Positions 56,161-64,000 of a stretch of 64,000 nucleotides of DNA are shown one piece after another (positions within the stretch are counted from its first letter, which is position 1; every line of letters begins with the position of its first letter). The position numbers and the translations under genes are program-made. The notes beneath the pieces are model-generated. The model was not told where the DNA came from and searched no databases. It saw only the letters and a program-made list of their open reading frames with translations. Source of the DNA: the human T2T-CHM13v2.0 reference genome, Homo sapiens. Location of the stretch: NCBI RefSeq assembly GCF_009914755.1, contig NC_060932.1; one strand, 5' to 3'.

Positions 56161-57849
56161 TCTTTGGCATCTGCTCAAAAAATTACTTATTAAAATGATA
56201 AAATGAAAAAATCTTGTTGTGCATGTAACAAATTTGACTTGGACAAGTTAAGCTTAAAAATTTGTGGTGAACCTGATGAAAATATTAACAATTTGGTACA
56301 GAGCTCAAGAAAGAGGCAAAGGAAATAGATTACAGAGTAAAACTCCTATAGAATATTGTTAGATAAATGGATAGTAAATGCTTCTACTTTTTAAATTATC
56401 CTAATATATTTACTAGTACCACAAAGATTATTTTAAATTTAATAGCATCACCATTTTATTCAAATAATATTTGAACATTTGAACATTGAATAATATTTGA
56501 ATATTTGAACATTTTCATTTTAAACAACTATTCAGATCCAGATGCTAAAATAATGCATCCTAGATAAAAAATAAGAGCTTCTACTTCTATTTTTATTCCT
56601 ATGAAACTATATTATTATATGTTAGTTACTTCGTGTTAAAAGAAAATGGAGTTTGCTATTATAATTTTTTTTTATTTTATTTATTGAGCTTTGCTTCTAA
56701 ATGAACAGAAACAAAATTTTTGGTATAGAGGATAACCCTCTGTTTCATGTGGGCACTAAATTACTTTCAAAATGTAACAAGAATACACATTGGGCTCTGG
56801 ACAAGAGTATGAAGCATAGATGCTTCTCAAATTTTCCTAGCAACACATGAAATTCTTTAGCTTTTTTTTTCTTGCTGGCAGCTCCATATCTAAAAAATTC
56901 CAATTAAGCCTTTTCTTCCTAACTTATAAGTAGCTGAAAATACTGAATTTCCCTAAAGTTTTAAACTTTTATATCTTCAAAATGAATTTATTAGTGGTCC
57001 AACATAATATCTTACTTTTTCTACATGGTTTTTAAAACGAACCACTTCCAACAGGATTAATACAAGTGACATTTCAGCAATTTCTATACTGTTGAAATGA
57101 ACTAAGAAATGGAAATTTTAGTGGGAAAAAATGTCTTTTAGAAATACATCCATGGCTTCCATTGCTATATTTACATACTGGGGAGAGATGTAAAGGTTTT
57201 ATTCAATGAGTGGAGGGAACAGCATTTTCATTTTAAGCAAAAATTTAAAAACTTCTTGTTTCTGATCTTATTAAAATCAACATATGATTCTTTGGAGTTT
57301 TAATAAAAATACCAAAATTAGAACAAAGTAAAGAAAAATAAACAGTGAGTTTCAGGATTTAAAAAAAAAAGTACTTATTTCCAAACATCGGTGAATTTAC
57401 ATTTTAACTAAAAGTAATTGAGTCTAATTTTACCACACCTTTAAAATAAAAGGTGTCTTTCAAATATGCCTTTAAAATTCAATTTATCATGTTTAGGCTC
57501 AATGGTAAACTTGAGGGCTAAGTGTACACAGTTCAAAAACTTTTCATTTGTTATTTCTCTTAAAAGTAATGGCTAAGCAGTTACAATGAAATGGTTTATG
57601 AAGAGTTTTTATTATATTGTTAAAAATTAGTCAATATAACTTACTATATACATAGTAAGTAAATACATACTCATTTTTTAAGTATTCCTGAACTTGTTTT
57701 TTAATATGTTGTATGTTCAAAAAAATTTCAAAACCTTTGCTGTTAGCATTAATAAGTTTGAAAGTTAAGGTGTCTTTACAAATGAGATTAGTAAATAATT
57801 TTGTTTAGAGTAATCATTTAGACTCTGGGAAGTGTAGTGGCTATGGTTG

Positions 57850-58400
57850 AGTTGAGGGGATATCAGAAGAAGATTACAAATTATATGTAGAGAAAAGATT
57901 AGTATATAAAGCAAGCAAGGAAGGGAGATATAAAGTAGCATGGCTCATTCAAGAAACAAAATATTTCTGGTGCACATAGTGAATGAGAGGTAAGAGGAAA
58001 AACAAGGAAAAAAGGTGGACAGCGTCATAAGATCTGATCATGAAGAGCTTTTAATACCTTTATAAAGATATTAGATTTTACACAACAGATGACGGGGAGT
58101 CACTAAAAGTAAAAAGGAGAAGGAACAGGTCAGAATTATATTTCAGATTTTATTGTGAGCAATGGAAAGTATGGTTTTGAGAAAAACAGGGAAATCAGAG
58201 GGATGATTTTTAATTGTCAGGCAAAAAATGATGAGGTCTTGAGGATTTGGCTGAAAAAAACTACCAATAAGAGGCTGAATTTGGATTTGAGAAATACGGA
58301 AGGGCTGGTGGAAGAAGGAATTAGTGAGAGTCAATGCAGGAACTAAAACAAGGGAGGGATATAGGATGATGCCAAGATGAATATCATCATTAGGTGGTTG
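57850..58400 (-). mobile_element. L2 relic
   Basis: Purine-rich antisense L2-like sequence 'ggggagtcactaaaag...ggtcagaattatatttcagat'. Confidence 0.5.
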
Positions 58401-60404
58401 AATGTGTGAGACTGAATTCTTTTATTAAGTACCTGATTCGGGACACTGTTTCATGAACAGTGAAATAATAAGACAGTATAATCCAGCGTGCAGGAGGTGA
58501 TTACATCGTTTTCTATATGAGTGTCAGGCTGCAGCTTCCTAACCTAATTTCTACCACTCATGTTCAATATGTTTCTTGACTATTCATTCTTCACTTAATA
58601 AACATTTTCAAAAGCCTTACCATGGCTAAGTTCTTATTTGCTAGAATTTTTTCCCATGTCCTCAGTCTCAATTGTTTTTCAATTTTTCATTGGAAAACAT
58701 TTGTTAGTTCAAGCCAGCTCCTTTCTTTGCATCTGGATTGCAACTCTGCGGTCCTGTATTTCTACTCGGAAAGATCTCCTAGGTATATTTTTCAGATGCT
58801 CGTTGAACATCAAGGAATATTGCATGCTTCACCTGACTCTAATATATAATAATTTTGGATGGTAATTAGTGGAGAGACTAGAGTTTTCCATTGCCTGTAA
58901 GACCTGATGATTTGGACCACTAACTTTTCCCTAAAGTGTTTAGTTTCTTTTATGCCTCAGAGCTAACCTTCCCCATACTGCTCTCACTTCCTTTAGCCTT
59001 TCCCTCACTGAGTTTCCAATGAAGGAAAAAATTTCTACAGGATCAATGATTGTATTGAAGAAAAGGTCTCACTTCTCTCTACTCTCCACAGGTGGAGAGG
59101 AGTTGGATACAGATTTACTTTTTGAGGGAAAAAATATAATCACATACATTAAACAAAGTAACTTCAAAAAATTTAACCTACCTGATTTAAATCTAATCCA
59201 TGTTTCTCCATACTGAAAAAATTAATGGTAATTAAATTGTCCAGAAGAAGAAGAGATATTCTTGGAATATATTTTTTTTTTTGGTCAGAAGTTGGAATGT
59301 CAGATGTAGCACTTAGAGTGAACAGAGACCTCTCTCTAAATCCAGGAACAGAAATTAATCTCTCTCTCATAATTTGCTGTGTCTTTCTTTATTTTTATAT
59401 TTTCTAAGCACTTGAATTTGTTAAGTTATATATTTGATAATGAAAAAATACATATATTTATAAAGTAGCAAAAAGTTACTGCTATAGATAAAGATGTCTC
59501 AGCAACTCATACCTGAGAAGATTTACTAATGAGGGCTATGCTGTCAATTTTTAACAATCAGCATCTTTACTAGCAATGTAACTATAATTCAGTGGACAAT
59601 AAACGGTAAAAGCAAAACCCTGAGAAAGCATTTCTGCTGCACTTCATAGCCCAGGGGTAGAAAGGCTGATTTCCTTTGATAGTTGGCCACTTTGCTATGA
59701 CCAGGGGGCAAGTTAATGAAAAAGGAGAAGCAGCAGCAGAGAAACAGAACTTATGTTCCAACTTTGGAGATCAGTCTTTCTATTGGCACAGCAAACTGTG
59801 ATCATTAAGAACTCTGGAATTAGAAATGGGGGGTTTAAATCCCTGCTCAACCACTTACTAGATTTGCAATCTTGAGCAGGATAGCAAACCTCTGAAACAA
59901 CTACAAAATATAAATAGTGACTTAGCTTGTAAGACTTTTAGAAAGACAAAGGGAACTCAACAATAACTGACTATGCATCAGGGTTTAGCTTGTAGAAATG
60001 TACTATAAATGGTAGAGTAATCACTGATAATTGTTTTCTATAGTAAATTTTGGGATTCCTGAAGTAAAAATGAAGTAAGGAGTAATAATATAGGAAAACA
60101 ATGATGAAAAGTAGAGATTATGAAGCTGTACATGAAGACAATAGAAAAGGAAAGTAGAGAAGCAAATTGAGTTTACAAAGATTTACAGAAAAATGCCTCA
60201 GAAACAATATTACAATAATTTGACATTGGGCTACTTGGAGAGAGACAGTGGTTAATTTGAGCAGAGAAGCATGAAGGTAGTGTGGAGCAACATAAACTAG
60301 GACAATAAATCAAGTTTAACAGAACCAAGATATAGGATGATACCTAGGCAGGTTGGAAAATTACCGACAATTTATTAGCAAGAAATAGACTCAAGTTTTG
60401 AACA

Positions 60405-60633
60405 TGGACACTGAAACCATATGGCCTGGAACCAAACCTTGGCTTACTAGTTATACATCCAAGTACAAGTTACTTAACCTCTCTATGCCTCAGTTTCCTC
60501 ACATGTAAAACTAGTGAGTAATAATACCTACCCCAGTAGGATTGTTTGGAGTTTAAATAAATTAATATAAGCAAAGCACTAGACTCATATTTCATACCTA
60601 CTAACTGAATTGTAAGTATAGCTATTATTATTA
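60405..60633 (+). mobile_element. MIR
   Basis: Core 'caagttacttaacctctctatgcctcagtttcctcacatgtaaaa...ataatacctacc'. Confidence 0.85.
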
Positions 60634-60875
60634 TTTTTAATAATGTCCAAGGGTATAGTTTCCTTGAAGATGTCCAACTCTTCTGTATATGATTATCCAC
60701 TTATGTATCTACTCCTAATTTTATCATTAATATCAATTTTAAATACCCTCATAAATGACCTTGCTGTTTAACACCCATTGAATGAAGCTATTTATTTACA
60801 AGCCCCTTTCCCTCTGCTAGAATGTTAATTCCTTGAGTTCATTGAGCAAGCCTTTTATATCTCTGAATTCTTAGC

Positions 60876-61030
60876 AAAGTAGTTTCCAAGTCTGGCTGTA
60901 CATTAGAATACCCTAGGGAAACAAGAATATTAATCTCTGGGCCCAATTTAGATGAATACAATCAAATTATCTGCTGGGTAGGATATATTTTTAAAGTACT
61001 TCAGGTGAATTTAAAGGACAGCTATGACTA
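60876..61030. mobile_element. MER5-like hAT-Charlie MITE
   Basis: 'ctggctgtacattagaatacc...tatatttttaaagtacttcaggtgaattt'. Confidence 0.6.
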
Positions 61031-61729
61031 TCTAGTGTTTTGCAATGAATTTGACATATAGTTTATGTTCTTCTTTCTTTTAATCAAAACTCAGATGATT
61101 TACAAAGCCACATAAATATGCATAATATAAATATATATAAATATAAATAAACAGTATATGCATAATAGCAGGAGAGTTTGATATCCAGAGGCATTAATAA
61201 AGATTTAATAAATATGTCAGTCAGGATCCTGGCAGGCAACGAATGGCACAGAAAACCTGGGTGTGGTGAGAGTTCGTAAAAACTAAAAAACAGTGAAGAT
61301 TTACTAATGAGGGCTATGTTGCTTTCACTTTTTATACCTGTCCTTTTTCCCTATTGCTTAAACAATTTTATTCCTTCAACTTCTTTGATGAGACTAAAAG
61401 TAAAGCTCACCATATGTCTGTTATAATCTCCTACAAAATAAGGACTTCTTCCAGAATGTAAATCAATGATGTCCTTAAACACAGTGTTTTATTGTCCTGA
61501 CACATTTTTAGAGTGAAGCTTTGTAAATGAAAGAAATAGTGCACTGAGTTACATTCTGGCACAAACTCATTGTCTCCTGGTGGACTGCTCACGTACAGCT
61601 TGTAGAACAGTACTTTGAGTAGTAGTGGACTAGACTTTCCACATCAACATGAGAACTTGCTGAATATCTTTCATACAAAAGACAAAACAAAACAAAACAA
61701 AACAAAATTCCTTTGCCCCATGTTTCCCT

Positions 61730-62420
61730 CCAATTCTTTTACAGGGTTGTCTGTGTTTATTATGGGTAACTCCTCTTTCACCAACCATTCATAAAGCCAT
61801 TCCCATCAGGCTTTGTCAAGGTCACCTATTCTGTTAAATCAGTAGTCAGTTTTCAGTCTTCATCTTTCTTGATTTCTCAGTAGCATTTGGCACAATAGAT
61901 CATCTGTGGCAACCTCAATGTTCAGCTATTTATTCACATATCCAATTACCTACTCCATATGCTTGCTTATTTGGATATAAATGGGCATTTCAAAGTTTAT
62001 ACATGTAAAACATAATTTTTGAATTGTTTTTCCCTGAACCTACTCTTCTCACATTCTTAGCTCTTCTGACTCTTACCACCTTGCTCTAATATGGAATGAT
62101 CTCTCACCTAGATTCTTGGAACATCACCTAACTACTCTCTCTGTTTTTGTGCTTGCCTTCTTATGATATATTCTCAATATATCAGCCAGAGTGATCTCTG
62201 GAAAATATAAAACACATAATCACTTTTCTGCTCAAAACCCTCCAATGACTTCTGAATTCAGGGTAAAATCCAAACACTTCTAAGACCTGCATGATCTATA
62301 CAGGGATGCTCCTATCTTTGCTACTAACTCTGTGAGCTTGTCTACCACCGTCCCTTCCAGACACTGTTAAGGCCATGAGATCCACTTTGCTGGTCTATGG
62401 AAACATTTTGATATTAGCCA
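61730..62420 (+). mobile_element. L2 relic
   Basis: 'ttttcagtcttcatctttcttgatttctcagtagcatttggcaca', 'cagccagagtgatct', 'ctgctcaaaaccctccaatg'. Confidence 0.7.
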
Positions 62421-63145
62421 CATTTCAGGGATATGTAAAAGGTAATTACATTTTAAATTTCACATTTGCACCATCAATTAAAAACAAAGTGCTGAATTTT
62501 AAATCTTATGAATACCATGAAAATATTAGAAAAGATTTGAATATCATATTTGTGGACATTGTAGGCCTGTAACCTTCACTGGACATAATTGGCTAATAAT
62601 ATTTTTAATAAGTTGCACCTCAATAATTACACTTTTAGAAATATTTTATTTAATTAGATATTTTGGTTGTCTTGTAATGAATCATCATTTGATTTATTGA
62701 GAGTACATAAAAGATTTTTTCTTTTGGCTACCATCAGAGTTATAATTAAAAATCCCATATTTTCCCACAATCCATTGAACATTTATTTAAGTTGAAAAAA
62801 TTATAAAATATTTTTTCACACACATACATATTACTAAAATAAAGGGAATCTATGGCAGTGACAACCTAAAATTAATGTACAATAGTGTAAATATATTACT
62901 CTCATGTGTAACTGAACACTACAATGAACCAAAATTAAATTAGATTTCTACTAAAAGCAAGTTGTATGTTAAAGATAGACAGTTTTATTAATAATAAATC
63001 AACACAAAAGCACAATTTTAGCTTTCAAATTATTGCAAATATCTTGAAATACAAAGTGGTCTGTCTTATTAATCTTCTTTTATTTCAAGTACATGAAAAA
63101 TTAAAAAAAGCTCATACAACTCGTTGGCTCCATCAAGTAAACTGT

Positions 63146-63520
63146 TGCTATGTTTTGAATGTTTGTCCACCTCCAGAATTCATGTTAAAATTTAATTGCC
63201 AATGTAATGGTATGAGGAGGTAGGACCTTTAAAGGGTAAAGGTGGGTTTAATGCCTGTGTAAAAAAGCTCATGAAGTGGGCTCTTTTTCTTGACCCTTCC
63301 ACCTTCTGCCATATGAGGAACAGCATTCCTCCCCTTCAGAGGATGAAGCGTTCAAGGCACCATCTTGGAAACAGATACTTTATTCCCACTAGACACCAAA
63401 CCTACCAATGCCTTGGTTAGACTTCTCAGCCTCAGAACTGTGAGAAATACATTTCTTTTTTTTAAATAAAATACCCATTCTCAGGTATTCTGTTACAACA
63501 GTACAGAACGGACTAAGACA
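63146..63520 (+). mobile_element. MaLR solo LTR (MSTC-like)
   Basis: 'tgctatgttttgaatgtttgtcc...caaggcaccatcttggaa...cagaactgtgagaaata...ggactaagaca'. Confidence 0.9.
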
Positions 63521-64000
63521 ACCACATTTCAAGTTCATTGGGTGTTGCCTCATTGTAAAATGTACTGAAAATATTAATCTCATCAGTTCCAATATCTCTA
63601 TTATGATTGTTACTCAATTACGATCTTGATCATTCATTATTTTAAGGATCATAATGAAAACTAAAAATATTGATTTAAATTTAATATACAAAAGCATTGC
63701 TTATCTATATAATATAATAACATACATTATATTTCTACATACTGACATCAATTTTTGAGAAAAGAATGAGACTTGTAATAAGAAAACCATTTAGTCAGAT
63801 TTTACCTATAACAGCTATTTGACTCTGATCTATTCACTTAATTTTCCTGGCCTCCCACTTCTTCATCTGTAAACTAGGATTTTCAAACTGATGAGTTCTA
63901 AGCTGTATGTCAATTCTAATGTCAAGATTGTATAATAATGTCTGGAAAAAAATGGTGGTTGCCTGTTTCCAAATTTCCTCCACACTCCCTCTAAAAATCT

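Noticed and set aside
56462-56512. Short irregular repeats of atttgaac/aataat
   Set aside because: Low-complexity slippage with no higher-order structure.

Overview
AT-rich, gene-poor primate genomic DNA, very probably human because it carries an AluYd8-type element. It is intergenic or deep intronic. I found no host protein-coding exon, RNA gene or CpG island; the ORF track is explained by L1, Alu, LTR or low-complexity sequence or by chance. The window is a mosaic of transposable elements: a 5'-intact, internally deleted L1PA8-like element with TSD (5911-11061), a twin-primed inverted L1PA, nine Alus or Alu arms, MaLR/ERVL/ERV1 LTRs, a nested ERVL>THE1>AluY stack, DNA-transposon MITEs, L2/MIR relics and microsatellites. 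I see no evidence for a new multi-gene system. The most unusual signals are rearrangement footprints read directly from the sequence: an ERV LTR fragment that looks like a polyadenylated L1-mobilised retrocopy with a TSD (21534-21769); a 32-bp inverted repeat whose 28-nt spacer is copied from 1,020 bp downstream (22611-22703); further same-orientation local copies (~300 bp at 4.4 kb, 24-27 bp at 1.8 kb); and a perfect 40-bp tandem duplication. Repeat subfamily names come from recalled consensus sequences and need RepeatMasker/Dfam confirmation. Boundaries of old elements are approximate.
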